Part shown: one piece after another, positions 17,442-27,143 of the stretch
How positions within the stretch are numbered: position 1 is the first letter of the stretch
How the letters are laid out: each line of letters opens with the position of its first letter
Assembly: GCA_030649735.1 (NCBI GenBank)
Contig: JAUSFL010000049.1
Location: forward strand, 1-39,760
Length of the DNA stretch: 39,760 bases
Direction of reading: 5' to 3'
Source of the DNA: Candidatus Iainarchaeum sp.
GTDB lineage: Archaea; Iainarchaeota; Iainarchaeia; Iainarchaeales; UBA10191
Notes under the pieces: generated by a model
Database searches by the model: none
What the model was told of the DNA's origin: nothing
The model's input: the letters and a program-made list of their open reading frames with translations, nothing else
Program-made: the position numbers and the translations under genes

Positions 17442-18887
17442 ATGAAAGCACTAATTTTGTTAGGGCTGGTTTGTGTTCTAGTTCTTGTTTTAGTTGGATG
17501 CGTCAGTCCATCTAAAAACCCATGTCTCAATTGTAACGTCGAATGCCCCGGCGCTGACAGGACTGCATGCGTGGATGGCAATAAATGCGAATGTTATTAT
17601 AACGAAAAAGATAATAATTCAGGAAGTTATCAAAGAAATAACTTTGACAACAATCTAGATAATAATCAATCCGTCAGTCCATCTAAAAACCCATGTCTCA
17701 ATTGTAACGTCGAATGCCCCGGCGCTGACAGGACTGCATGTGTGGATGGCAATAAATGCGAATGTTATCATAACGATAATAACCAACCTAATTATGACAA
17801 TGGACCAACTAATTTTTTTGAAACTTTTCCCAGTTGCGGAGATAAAATGGATTTTTTGGAAATTTCTCCCCTGAAATATGGTGATTTTAAGAGTATAAAC
17901 CCTTTAGGTGTTTTAAGCCCGCCATCCCATGTATTTCCCACCGACCATATCTACCTGCAGATAAAAAGAGCCTATCGAAATAATGTAGATATAGGAACGG
18001 CTAACGTTCCTTTATACGTGCCAGGGGATGGTTGGATTACAGAGATTAGCGCTTCAGAGCATTTATCTGAGAATCCGCCCTATATTGATTATGAACTTGT
18101 TTTTTATCCGTGTAAAGAATTAAAATTTATATTGGGGCATATCACTTCTTTATCTCCAGAAATTTTATCGGAACTTAATGGAGAAAAACAATGCGATGAG
18201 CAAGAAGCGGGTGGCAAGAGATTAAGGTGGTGTTCTTACAAAAATCTAAAACTTAAAGTTAGTTCGGGTCAAGAAATTGGAACCGCCGGCGGAAATCCTG
18301 GCCAGAATGCGCTGGATCTCTTTGCTACTGATTATCGAAAAACAGAAGATTTAGAAGTTGCTAATCCAGATAGTTGGTACAATTACGAGAGCCTGAAATA
18401 TGCTGCCTGTCCTCTAGACTATTTCATTAAAGAAGAAAGGGAAAAGTTATATGCTCTGCTGGAAGATTTTGATGGTCATAAAAGAACCACTGAACCGCGT
18501 TGTGGGACAGTAGAACAGGATATTAAAGGAACTGCCCAAGGCGTATGGTTTGTCAAAGGCACAACAAATACTTATCCTGAATCACCTCATCTGGCGTTAG
18601 CTCCTCATGCTGGAGGTAATCCCGCCATCAATGTTTTTTCTGTGGGAACTTCAATACCTAATTTAATTCCGAACAGATACCCATTCGATTTAGTACTGAC
18701 AGGAGAGGTAAATCTTGCTTTTTCTAAAGTCAAGCCGGGAACTGCCTATTGTTATGAAAGTAAGCATTGGGATTTTACAATCGTTCTGGAATTATTAAAT
18801 GAAACAACTTTAAAGATTGAAAAACAAACCAGCAGCAAATGCACAAAGCCTTTTAGATTCACTTCAGGCGTTTTGTTTGAGAGATAA
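17442..18887 (+). CDS. Putative lipoprotein with duplicated Cys-rich module
   Basis: Lipobox LVGC after a hydrophobic stretch; VSPSKNPCLNCNVECPGADRTACVDGNKCECY occurs twice; codon usage looks atypical. Confidence 0.85.
   Translation: MKALILLGLVCVLVLVLVGCVSPSKNPCLNCNVECPGADRTACVDGNKCECYYNEKDNNSGSYQRNNFDNNLDNNQSVSPSKNPCLNCNVECPGADRTACVDGNKCECYHNDNNQPNYDNGPTNFFETFPSCGDKMDFLEISPLKYGDFKSINPLGVLSPPSHVFPTDHIYLQIKRAYRNNVDIGTANVPLYVPGDGWITEISASEHLSENPPYIDYELVFYPCKELKFILGHITSLSPEILSELNGEKQCDEQEAGGKRLRWCSYKNLKLKVSSGQEIGTAGGNPGQNALDLFATDYRKTEDLEVANPDSWYNYESLKYAACPLDYFIKEEREKLYALLEDFDGHKRTTEPRCGTVEQDIKGTAQGVWFVKGTTNTYPESPHLALAPHAGGNPAINVFSVGTSIPNLIPNRYPFDLVLTGEVNLAFSKVKPGTAYCYESKHWDFTIVLELLNETTLKIEKQTSSKCTKPFRFTSGVLFER
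17501..17776 (+). repeat. 105-bp intragenic direct repeat (17501-17605 and 17672-17776)
   Basis: Two mismatches in 105 nt by manual alignment, offset 171 nt (in frame). Confidence 0.93.
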
Positions 18888-18934
18888 AGTTTAGGTTATG
18901 AAAACTGCCCTCTAACGGTCCTTTAATTTTGCTT

Positions 18935-19021
18935 TCAGCAATTGCTTTCAAGGTCTTTGTCGTAATCGTGGATTTCCTTTCTTTTAGGCATGTTTTGGTT
19001 TTGTTCTATTTCTTTAGGCAT
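18935..19021 (-). pseudogene. Possible N-terminal stub of a tyrosine integrase
   Basis: MPKEIEQNQNMPKRKEIHDYDKDLESNC* with GGAG SD. EIHDYDK resembles DIHNYDA at the start of the integrase at 38303 and sits in the same position relative to a tRNA 3' end. Confidence 0.4.
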
Positions 19022-19118
19022 GTTTTACTCTCCTGCTGTGGAGATATAAAAGTGTTGCCCTAAATTTCAGAATGAAGGTATTTTTGCCCTAAACGGGCAG
19101 TCATAAAAAAATCGTGAA

Positions 19119-19193
19119 TGCCCTGAACGGGATTCGAACCCGTGTTCTCGGCTTGAAAGGCCGATGTCCTTAACCGGGCTGGACGATCAGGGC
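19119..19193 (-). tRNA. tRNA-Glu (TTC)
   Basis: GCCCTGATCGTCCAGCCCGGTTAAGGACATCGGC-CTTTCAA-GCCGAGAACACGGGTTCGAATCCCGTTCAGGGCA folds as a complete cloverleaf. No encoded CCA. Confidence 0.97.
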
Positions 19194-19298
19194 AGTGATG
19201 GATTCTATTTTTCCGGAAAAAATAGGGTTTTACTGTATTCTTTTGTTTTTAAAAACCATTTTAAACCTAATGCAATATTGTTTCTAAAGTGATTTACA

Positions 19299-19460
19299 AT
19301 GGCAAAATTTGAAGCAACAGAGAACAGGACTTTCAAAAACATTTACATTTGCATGAAATGCACTGCAAAGAACCGTTCTGCCACTGGCATGCCTGGAAAA
19401 TGCAGGAAATGCGGGGCAAAAAAATTCCGTGTAAAAAGCAAGAAAGTCAAAAAAGCCTGA
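19299..19460 (+). CDS. rpl40e: Ribosomal protein eL40 (53 aa, below ORF-track cutoff)
   Basis: MAKFEATENRTFKNIYICMKCTAKNRSATGMPGKCRKCGAKKFRVKSKKVKKA, with a CxxC...CRKCG zinc ribbon. Confidence 0.92.
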   Translation: MAKFEATENRTFKNIYICMKCTAKNRSATGMPGKCRKCGAKKFRVKSKKVKKA

Positions 19461-19481
19461 ATAAGAAAGGCTTTTCTTTTT

Positions 19482-20054
19482 TTATTTTTCAAAATATTCC
19501 ATTGTGCTTTTCAGCACCAGCATTATGGCCTCATACTTTGGCTTCACGATTTCTTTCGCTTCAGGCAGAGTCAATTTCTTGTTCCAGTCTCTCTGCATTT
19601 TCTTTTCAACTTCCACAACGGCTTCTTCAAAGCTTGAAGTGGTTTTCAAAAAATAGCCAAAAATTGTGAGGAATGACTCGAAATGCGCCATTGCGTCGGC
19701 ATTTGCTATAATTTCCGCTTCAAGGGTTTCAGGCTTTGGGCCTTTCCTTCCCCTGTGGGCTAGAATGCAATGCTTTACTTTTTCAATAAATTCCTTCTTG
19801 CATCCTGTCTTTTGCAAAAACTCTCCGGCAATTTCAGAGCCTGTAATGTGATGGTCGTTTTCAACCTCAAATTCCGCAATTTTGGCTGCAACGCCAATGT
19901 CATGCAAAAAAGCCGCTGTTTCAACAACTTCCAAGTCGGCATGGAGTTTTTTTGCCAAGAGCATTGCGTTTTTCACTACTGGAAGAATGTGGTATTTGAA
20001 TCCTTCGCTGTCGTGGTTTTCTTTCGCGAAAGCCCGGGTTTTTTCAACTATCAT
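19482..20054 (-). CDS. HD domain phosphohydrolase
   Basis: YHILPV...AAFLHDIG...HHITG...ILAHRG...IIANADAMAH. Confidence 0.9.
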   Translation of the reverse strand: MIVEKTRAFAKENHDSEGFKYHILPVVKNAMLLAKKLHADLEVVETAAFLHDIGVAAKIAEFEVENDHHITGSEIAGEFLQKTGCKKEFIEKVKHCILAHRGRKGPKPETLEAEIIANADAMAHFESFLTIFGYFLKTTSSFEEAVVEVEKKMQRDWNKKLTLPEAKEIVKPKYEAIMLVLKSTMEYFEK

Positions 20055-20236
20055 ATATTTAGAATCTTTAGAAAATCAGTAATTTAAACCAGCGCGTGAT
20101 TTCACTCAAGCATTGGCTTTGCAGCGTAGTTAATGCCGGCCGCTTCTGGATTTGGAAGCGCGGCTAAAGGAAGCAGAGACCAAAAGAGTTAAATATTTGC
20201 AAAGCCTTTCTAATCCTGTTTTTGGGGGCTTTTTTA

Positions 20237-22291
20237 ATGGAAGTTAATAAAATCACTTTATTCAAGAATGGTTTGAGTTTGTTTGAAGGGACTGCTGCAG
20301 TAAAGGACAGTTCTTTTGCGTTAGAGTTCAAGAAAGAGCAAATGGCAGATGTTTTGAAAACACTGCAAGTGAGTTCTGAGGATGGGAAAAGCATTCCTTT
20401 CTTTGTTTTTGACACTTCAAAAACTTTGGAGAAAAAGCTTGAAGAAATTGGGCTTAACATTCCTGCAGACGGCTCTTTGACTGCCTTGGCAAGGCAAATG
20501 ATTGGCTTTCAGGTTCAAGTGAGCCAGAAAAGCAAGGCAAAAAAAGGCATTGTTGTCGGAACAAACTACCGCGTTGTGAAAGGAAACAATCCAATCAATG
20601 AGGCAACTTTGGTTCTTTCAATGCCTGATCAAAGCATTGAAGAAATTCCATTCTCTGAAATTCAATCATTGAGCCTGCTTAATATTGAATGCCGGGAAGA
20701 CTTGGCGCGATTTCTTGAAGAAGTTAGCCGCAGCAAGAAAAAAGAAACCAAGCAAATCAGTTTTTTGTTCCCGCAAGGAAAATCGCTTTCAAAAGCAAAG
20801 GTTTCTTTCATGACTGAAATGCCTGTCTGGAAGGTTTCTTACAGGCTGAACTTGGGTGATGAAAAGGCAAGCGTTTCCTGCCTTGCAATTATTGAGAATA
20901 GCACTGAGCAGGATTGGAAGAATGCAGAATTATCCCTGGCTTCAGGAAGGCCTATTTCTTTCCAGTATGACTTGTATTCTGCAAGGTTTGCTTCAAGGCC
21001 TTTCATGCAAATTGCTGAAGAGAACACTTTAATGCCTGTTGAATTCCAGGAAAATGTTCCAGGCGCCAAAGACGAGTATGCAGTGCCTCCAAGCGTTCCC
21101 GCAATGGAAATGGCAGAATCAGACGCTTACACGGCTGATAAGGAAGTATCTCAAAAGCCCATGTCTATGGATAGGGCTAAAAAAATGGCAATGCCTTTAG
21201 TTTACGGAAGATTGAAGAATGTCGGAGCTGGAGTTGGAATTTCCGATGGCCGGGCATTTAATGTAACATCCAGGGAAGTTGAAGAAACCACTATTTACTC
21301 AATTGCTGGAAAAGTGAACTTGCCTAAAGGAAAGTCTGTTGCTTTGCCCTTGTTTTCTGAAAGTGTTCCTGCAAGAAAGCTTTCTGTTTACAACTCAAGC
21401 ACTATTGGCGGCAAGAATCCAATGATGGTTTTAGAATTGAGAAACTCTTCAGGAAATGCCTGGCAGTCAGGCCCTTTGGTTGCCTTTGACTCTGGAGAGT
21501 ACATGGGCGAGTCATTGCTTAAGCCTTTAAAGAAGGCAGAGAGTGTTTTGCTTTCTTACGCGCTTGACACTGCAGTTGTTGTTGAAGACAAGATTGGCTC
21601 GCAATCATCCAATGTTTCAGAAGTTCTTTGCGAGAAAGGATTCTTGTACTTTAATTACTACACTGAATTATTGACGAGTTATAATATAACGAACAAGTCA
21701 GGCCAGAAAAAAACAGTAATCATTGAGCACCCTAGGCAATCTGACACTATCCTAGTTTCTCCAAAACCTAAAGAGGAAACTTCTGACTTTTACCGTTTTG
21801 AAATAATCGTTGATGGAAAAAAGAATTCAGAGCTTGGAGTCAAGCAAAGGACAAACTACAGCACTAACATTAGCCTGATTGAAAACTCTGACTTGAAAAA
21901 CCAGCTTTCCTATTATTTCACAAACAATTGGCTTGCGGGAGATTCTGCTTCTGCAATAAAATCCTTGATTGAAGAGCAGTCAAAAATCATGGACATGAAG
22001 CAAAAGCTTGCGGCATTGCAGGAGTCAAGAAACAGGCTTGTTGAAGACCAGAACAGGACCAGGCAAAACTGTGACTTGTACTATCCAACTGCTGTCCCAA
22101 CTTCTGAAGACAAGCAAAGAGAGCAATTAAGGGCAAAATACAGCAAAAAGCTTTCAGAAATTGACGACAAAATTGACAAAGTCAATGACCAGACTGAGCA
22201 ATTGCAAAGCCAAATAAGCGAGCTGGAAAGAAAGTTTAAGGAAAAAATAATATCAATTTCTTTCAAGAAAGTAATGTCCAGAATTGTCTAA
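20237..22291 (+). CDS. DUF4139-like protein with C-terminal coiled coil
   Basis: ITLFKNG, PVWKVSYRL, IIENSTEQDWKNAELSLASGRPISF, YALD, IIEHP motifs. Start set at ATG 20237. Confidence 0.75.
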   Translation: MEVNKITLFKNGLSLFEGTAAVKDSSFALEFKKEQMADVLKTLQVSSEDGKSIPFFVFDTSKTLEKKLEEIGLNIPADGSLTALARQMIGFQVQVSQKSKAKKGIVVGTNYRVVKGNNPINEATLVLSMPDQSIEEIPFSEIQSLSLLNIECREDLARFLEEVSRSKKKETKQISFLFPQGKSLSKAKVSFMTEMPVWKVSYRLNLGDEKASVSCLAIIENSTEQDWKNAELSLASGRPISFQYDLYSARFASRPFMQIAEENTLMPVEFQENVPGAKDEYAVPPSVPAMEMAESDAYTADKEVSQKPMSMDRAKKMAMPLVYGRLKNVGAGVGISDGRAFNVTSREVEETTIYSIAGKVNLPKGKSVALPLFSESVPARKLSVYNSSTIGGKNPMMVLELRNSSGNAWQSGPLVAFDSGEYMGESLLKPLKKAESVLLSYALDTAVVVEDKIGSQSSNVSEVLCEKGFLYFNYYTELLTSYNITNKSGQKKTVIIEHPRQSDTILVSPKPKEETSDFYRFEIIVDGKKNSELGVKQRTNYSTNISLIENSDLKNQLSYYFTNNWLAGDSASAIKSLIEEQSKIMDMKQKLAALQESRNRLVEDQNRTRQNCDLYYPTAVPTSEDKQREQLRAKYSKKLSEIDDKIDKVNDQTEQLQSQISELERKFKEKIISISFKKVMSRIV

Positions 22292-22318
22292 ATTCTGGCG
22301 TTACACTTGTTTTGGTTC

Positions 22319-23065
22319 TCACTGCAACATTAGCTTTGCGGCTTCTGTAATGCTTGCCGCTTCCGCGATTTGAATGCTGTAGCCTTGCTCTTTCAAATAT
22401 TCCTGCAAGTCTATTCTTTTGGAAACATAAAATGTTCGCGTGATTTTCAAATTTCCTCTCTGGATTTCTTGCGTTTGCGGCTGGTAAATCATGAAAACTC
22501 TTTGGCCTTTTGGAACTACAAACAAGGAAAGCCCTTTTTCTGCGGCCGCTGTGGCTTTTTCAATCACTCCGCCAATCTGGCCAATGCTTCCGTCACTGTT
22601 TATTGTTCCAGTGATTGCCGCGTTTTGGTTCACTTGCTTTTTTTCAATTGCCGCAATTGTCGCTAGAGTGAAAGCGGCTCCAGCGCTTGGCCCTCCGACC
22701 AATTGGGCTTGAGAATTCTCAATAGTCAAAATCAAGTCCTTGTCCTGCAGGCTTTTTCCAGTGTATTTTTCAGCAACTTGCGCCGCAGTCTTTGCAGAAT
22801 CTTGCGTGTCAGGCTCTATGAATGGATTGACTGAAAGCAAAATCCTGCCAGAGCCTGGAATTATTTCAACGCTTGCCTGGCTTACCACGCCTTGGTTGTC
22901 TGCAGTGACTGCCACAATGTTAACGCTTGCTGAAAGCTTTGCTTCAGTGATTGGCGCAAGCTTTTGCGCTTGCGGCTGCATGCTATAGCCTGTAAAAAAC
23001 CCGATTCCAAACATGATTATTACAAGGAATAAGACATTGATGGCTTTTGCAAAGAATTCTGCCAT
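22319..23065 (-). CDS. Membrane-anchored Lon-like (S16) serine protease domain protein
   Basis: GGPSAG (Ser) and IGQIGGVIEK (Lys) dyad, AITGTI, N-terminal TM helix, no ATPase domain. Confidence 0.9.
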   Translation of the reverse strand: MAEFFAKAINVLFLVIIMFGIGFFTGYSMQPQAQKLAPITEAKLSASVNIVAVTADNQGVVSQASVEIIPGSGRILLSVNPFIEPDTQDSAKTAAQVAEKYTGKSLQDKDLILTIENSQAQLVGGPSAGAAFTLATIAAIEKKQVNQNAAITGTINSDGSIGQIGGVIEKATAAAEKGLSLFVVPKGQRVFMIYQPQTQEIQRGNLKITRTFYVSKRIDLQEYLKEQGYSIQIAEAASITEAAKLMLQ

Positions 23066-23110
23066 GTATTAAAAGTTGCCGTGAGAGAATTTAAAGTTTG
23101 AGGTTCTTTA

Positions 23111-23884
23111 ATGGTAGAAGCTGAGAAAATGGAAAAAAACAAAGCAGTCGCAGGGCTTGTTGAAGAATGCATTGCCGCGGCAAATAGCGGAATTGACTTT
23201 TCGAAAAAGAAGGCCGCGAGAATAAGGAACACTGCAGTTCGATTAAATTCTGAAAATTCCCTGCTGACGGCTTATTTTGTGACTGAATTTACAAATCCTT
23301 ACTTGTTAATTCACGCTTTTGACAAGTCAGGATTAATTGCAGAGCCAGGGCAAAAGGCTTTTGTCGCAAGGTATAATCTTGTTTTGGATTTAGAGCGCCG
23401 CTTGATTCAGCATTTAGGCCACACAAACCCGCAAATTTACGCTTATTATGAAAGAAGCAATAAAATGCCTTTTTCAGAAAGGGAAAAAATTTTAACCGCG
23501 GGAATTTCAACTGAAGTCCAGCGGCTTAATTCTTTGGCAAAAGCAAAGGCGTCAATTTCTGAATGGCCTGGGGCTGCAAGGGAAAGGCAGGCAAGGCTGA
23601 ATTCTTTAGAGTATAGTATTAATTTTTTGACTTCTGAAGTCCTTACAAAATTGGAAAACGCGTGGATTATAAAATTGAAAGAATCAGGAACTCACTTGCC
23701 TCGCTTAAAACAGGCATTGCGCGACAAAAGCATTTCAAGCAGGGAAAAGGACATTATAGACCGTTATCTTTCAGCTTTGAAAGGAAAGCAAATTCGTCCA
23801 AGCCCAAGAAAGATCCAAAGGCCTTGGGGCTTGAAAGACAGGCCGGCAATTCCAAAGCCTGCAAGGCGCAGAAATCTGAAATGA
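23111..23884 (+). CDS. Hypothetical protein with basic Pro-rich C-terminal tail
   Basis: 257-aa ORF in its own slot with a TTTAAA box upstream. No family recognised. Confidence 0.7.
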   Translation: MVEAEKMEKNKAVAGLVEECIAAANSGIDFSKKKAARIRNTAVRLNSENSLLTAYFVTEFTNPYLLIHAFDKSGLIAEPGQKAFVARYNLVLDLERRLIQHLGHTNPQIYAYYERSNKMPFSEREKILTAGISTEVQRLNSLAKAKASISEWPGAARERQARLNSLEYSINFLTSEVLTKLENAWIIKLKESGTHLPRLKQALRDKSISSREKDIIDRYLSALKGKQIRPSPRKIQRPWGLKDRPAIPKPARRRNLK

Positions 23885-23918
23885 TTTAAATACTTCATCT
23901 AGCAATAATTCTTTCATC

Positions 23919-24737
23919 ATGGCTGTTAAAGACTACTTTTTGCTTTTGAGGCCGGCAAACTGCGTTATTGCAGGAATTGCCTCGCTCATTGGATTTTGGA
24001 TTGCTTCAGGAAAAATCCTGTTGAATGAGCATGCTCTTTTGGCTTTTCTTGCAGTGTTTTTCGTGTGCGGCGCAGGACAGGCAGTGAATGACTATTTTGA
24101 CCTGGAAATTGACGGGAAAAAAAAGTCAAAAAGGCCCTTGGCTTCTGGAAAAATCAAGCCGCATGACGCTTTTTCATTCTCAATGGTCTTGTTCTTGCTT
24201 GGCTTGGTTTTCGCAATTTTTTTGGGGAGCCTTGCTTTCATGATTGCGTTATTCATGAGCCTTTTGCTTACAGCATACAGTGCTTTTCCAAAACTCAAGT
24301 TTTTGGGAAACTGGATTGTTGCGTTAGGCACTGCAATGACATTGGTTTTTGGCGCTGCAATTGCGGGAAATTTTGGAATTGTGATTTGGCTTTTTCCGGC
24401 AATGCTTTTCGCTAATGCCGCGCGCGAATTGATCAAGGACTTGGAAGACTTGCATGCGGACAAGGGCGTGAAAAAAACCTTGCCTTCAATGATTGGAGTA
24501 AAGCGTTCAAAATACGTCATTGCCGCGGTTTACGCGTTGGCGATAATGTTCTCGTATTACGCGTTTTCTTTCGGGATTGTGAAAAGCTATTTTTACTTGC
24601 TGTTTGTTTCAATAGCCGCAGTGGTGTTTTTTCTTTCAGTTTTTTCCGTTGGAAAAAACAATTTTTCAAAAGCCCAGTCGCTTGCAAAGCTTGGAATGGT
24701 TTTTGCGCTGCTGGCTTACTTTGCGGTCTTGTTTTAG
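23919..24737 (+). CDS. UbiA prenyltransferase, probable digeranylgeranylglyceryl-phosphate synthase
   Basis: LLRPANC, NDYFDLEID...RPLASG, RELIKDLEDLHAD...KTLP; multiple TM helices. Confidence 0.85.
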   Translation: MAVKDYFLLLRPANCVIAGIASLIGFWIASGKILLNEHALLAFLAVFFVCGAGQAVNDYFDLEIDGKKKSKRPLASGKIKPHDAFSFSMVLFLLGLVFAIFLGSLAFMIALFMSLLLTAYSAFPKLKFLGNWIVALGTAMTLVFGAAIAGNFGIVIWLFPAMLFANAARELIKDLEDLHADKGVKKTLPSMIGVKRSKYVIAAVYALAIMFSYYAFSFGIVKSYFYLLFVSIAAVVFFLSVFSVGKNNFSKAQSLAKLGMVFALLAYFAVLF

Positions 24738-24747
24738 GAGCTTTTGA

Positions 24748-25668
24748 ATGCGTGCAAAAACACTGCAGAATTTGCTTTCCTTCCTTCAAAAGAACGGGTT
24801 TCAAACAGCCTGCTTTTCAGACTTTAAAAGCTGCTTTGACATTGCCGCAAGGCGCGAAGACTTGAACTTGCTTGTGAAAGTCTTGGAAAACATTGACTCC
24901 TTAAGGCCTGAAAGCGCGAAAGAAATGCAAAAGCTCGCGAACGTGCTTAATGCAGTAAGTTTGATTGTGGGCGAGAAATCAAAGGCATTCAAGCTGAAAA
25001 AAGGCGTGATTTTTGAAAGGCATTCAATTCCCACTGTAAGTTTTGAAACTTTCAAGGATCTTTTTTCCGGAGAAATTCCGGAAATCAATTACTTTAAAGG
25101 CCGTGAGACAGTTGCTTTGGATTCTGAAAAGCTCAAAAGCCTGCGTTCTGGACTGAACTTGAGCGCGCAAGGCCTTGCTGAAAGAATCGGCAGCAGCGCT
25201 GAAAGCATTTACCGCTTTGAGCAAGGCAGCAATGCTTCTTTGGAACTGGCGAAAAGGCTTGAGGAAGAATTGGGGGAAAGGCTTATTTTGCAAAGCAATC
25301 CATTGCATTCTATGCGGCAAAGGCCTGAAGGAGTTGAAAAAGTCGAAGACTCTGCATTAAAGCAGTTGAATTCTTTAGGCTTGAAGATTGCTGTTTTCAA
25401 TCACGCGCCATTCAAGGCATTCTCTAAAAACCTGCCTGAAAATGAAGAGCCTTTGATAATAAACAAGGGCGCGTCAAAAGTGGAGATTGAAAGAAAGGCA
25501 CTGGTTTTAGAGCGCACAAAGGCAGTTTTTGACAGCCATTCAATGATTATTGCGAAAGAATTCAAGCTGGAGTGCATCCAGCACACTCCAGTAGTTCTGG
25601 AAAAAGAATTGGAAGAACTGCACAAAAAGAAAGAATTGCTCAAGCTTTTGAAAGAAAGGGAAAACTAG
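24748..25668 (+). CDS. Conserved archaeal Cro/C1-type HTH transcriptional regulator
   Basis: SCFDIAARR..LLVKVLENIDS N-domain, central HTH (LAERIGSSAESIYRFEQG), APF motif. Confidence 0.85.
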   Translation: MRAKTLQNLLSFLQKNGFQTACFSDFKSCFDIAARREDLNLLVKVLENIDSLRPESAKEMQKLANVLNAVSLIVGEKSKAFKLKKGVIFERHSIPTVSFETFKDLFSGEIPEINYFKGRETVALDSEKLKSLRSGLNLSAQGLAERIGSSAESIYRFEQGSNASLELAKRLEEELGERLILQSNPLHSMRQRPEGVEKVEDSALKQLNSLGLKIAVFNHAPFKAFSKNLPENEEPLIINKGASKVEIERKALVLERTKAVFDSHSMIIAKEFKLECIQHTPVVLEKELEELHKKKELLKLLKEREN

Positions 25669-27074
25669 TTTCTTACGTCATTTCCGCACCATCTTGCAGG
25701 CCATGGCTTGGATTCAAAGCTAAAGTGTCCGCTGGTTTTCTTTCCAAAAGAATCATTTGCATAGCCGATAATGAACAATGTCCTTTCTTCAAGCTTGATT
25801 TCTTTTTCCAAAACAGCGTTGCCTTGCTTTGACTCAACGCTTATTTTATGGCTGCTTTTCCCGGCTTGGAATGTATAATACTGCCAGTCTTCTTTCTTTG
25901 AATTGTAAAAGTAATTGTTCGCCGCGGTTTTGCCGTCAATTTTCAATTCAATGTCTATTGGGCTTGCTTCCTTGCTTTCATTCCCTAACTGGAATCCAAT
26001 GTCCCCGAAAGGCGAAGGGCAGTTTTCAAACTTGGAGTCCAGCGCAGTAAGCCTTCCGACTTTCAGGCTGTCTTTTTCTTTCTCAAAACCAAGGACATAT
26101 TTTGTTCCATTCATTGAAAAGCAGTAAGCGACCGTGCTCATGAAAACCCTTAATTCTTCAAAGCCTGCTTTTTTCAAGTCCGGCAAATAATTGTCAAGAA
26201 ATTTTGAGGCCCAGTCAAACTGTTTTTTTGAAGTCACATATCCCGCATCAAAAATAGAGAGTTTCTTGAATGCTGCAAAGTCATTTTCTTTCAGGGATTT
26301 TTTGAAGGAAGCGAAAGTCTTTTCCGCAAGCAGCCTTAAGGAAGCAAAGTCTTCAATTTCCGCGCTGATTTCAAAAGCTTCTGGCTTTGGGCCATAGCCA
26401 ATTTCAGGCGCGTCTTTTTTAAAAATGAACTTGATTTTTGCAAAAGCGCCTTCTTTTCCGGTCGAGAATTTCTTTTCCAATGGCTTTTTTGCAAATGAAG
26501 ACTCTATTTTCAAGGCATGGCTTCCTTCGGGAAGTGCAAAGGAAAAAATTTCCATTCCACTCCTTGAAGTTGTAAAATAGCAGTCTTGCCATGCAAGCTT
26601 GCCGTCAATGAAAAGCCTAAAATCTGAAGGGCAATGGACGCCAACCCACATTTCTGTCTTGAAGTTTCCTTTATCATCGCGTTTTACTTCAAATTCTTTG
26701 AAGTATAATCCTTCAAACTTCCATCCTTCAGGCTTGCTGTCCCAGGCTCCGCTGGTGTAATGGAACCTGATGCTTGCCGAAAGGTTTTTGGCCTTAAAAT
26801 TATAGTATTTGATTTCCTTGCTTTGTCCTTCATCAGTTATGCTTTCAAACTTGATTTCTTCAAAGCCGGGAAATTGCCCGTCAATTATTGGCGCGGCCCA
26901 ATTAAAGCAATCCTGGCTTGCGATGCTGGAATATCTTGCGGAAACATCAAGGCCCTTGAATGCCTCAAGGTTTTTTTCCTTCAATGCTTTCTTGAAATTC
27001 CTGTAACAATTCTCAAGCTCTTTCTGAATTGCTGCCGGGCTTTTTTCTTCCATGAATTTATTTAGAAAGTTCAA
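25665..27074 (-). CDS. Hypothetical protein with two-fold internal repeat
   Basis: The two halves share FKKxLKExxxxAFKxL...FxWA and IDGKxA...SHxxxxES segments. Confidence 0.75.
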   Translation of the reverse strand: MNFLNKFMEEKSPAAIQKELENCYRNFKKALKEKNLEAFKGLDVSARYSSIASQDCFNWAAPIIDGQFPGFEEIKFESITDEGQSKEIKYYNFKAKNLSASIRFHYTSGAWDSKPEGWKFEGLYFKEFEVKRDDKGNFKTEMWVGVHCPSDFRLFIDGKLAWQDCYFTTSRSGMEIFSFALPEGSHALKIESSFAKKPLEKKFSTGKEGAFAKIKFIFKKDAPEIGYGPKPEAFEISAEIEDFASLRLLAEKTFASFKKSLKENDFAAFKKLSIFDAGYVTSKKQFDWASKFLDNYLPDLKKAGFEELRVFMSTVAYCFSMNGTKYVLGFEKEKDSLKVGRLTALDSKFENCPSPFGDIGFQLGNESKEASPIDIELKIDGKTAANNYFYNSKKEDWQYYTFQAGKSSHKISVESKQGNAVLEKEIKLEERTLFIIGYANDSFGKKTSGHFSFESKPWPARWCGNDVRN

Positions 27075-27143
27075 GTATTTAATCCTTGCATTTTTGCAGC
27101 CTGCAATTCATTTCTCAGGCGGCTGCAAAAGCAATGTCTTAAA

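Noticed and set aside
19349-19669. 106-aa plus-strand ORF
   Set aside because: Out of frame over eL40 and antisense to the HD protein gene.
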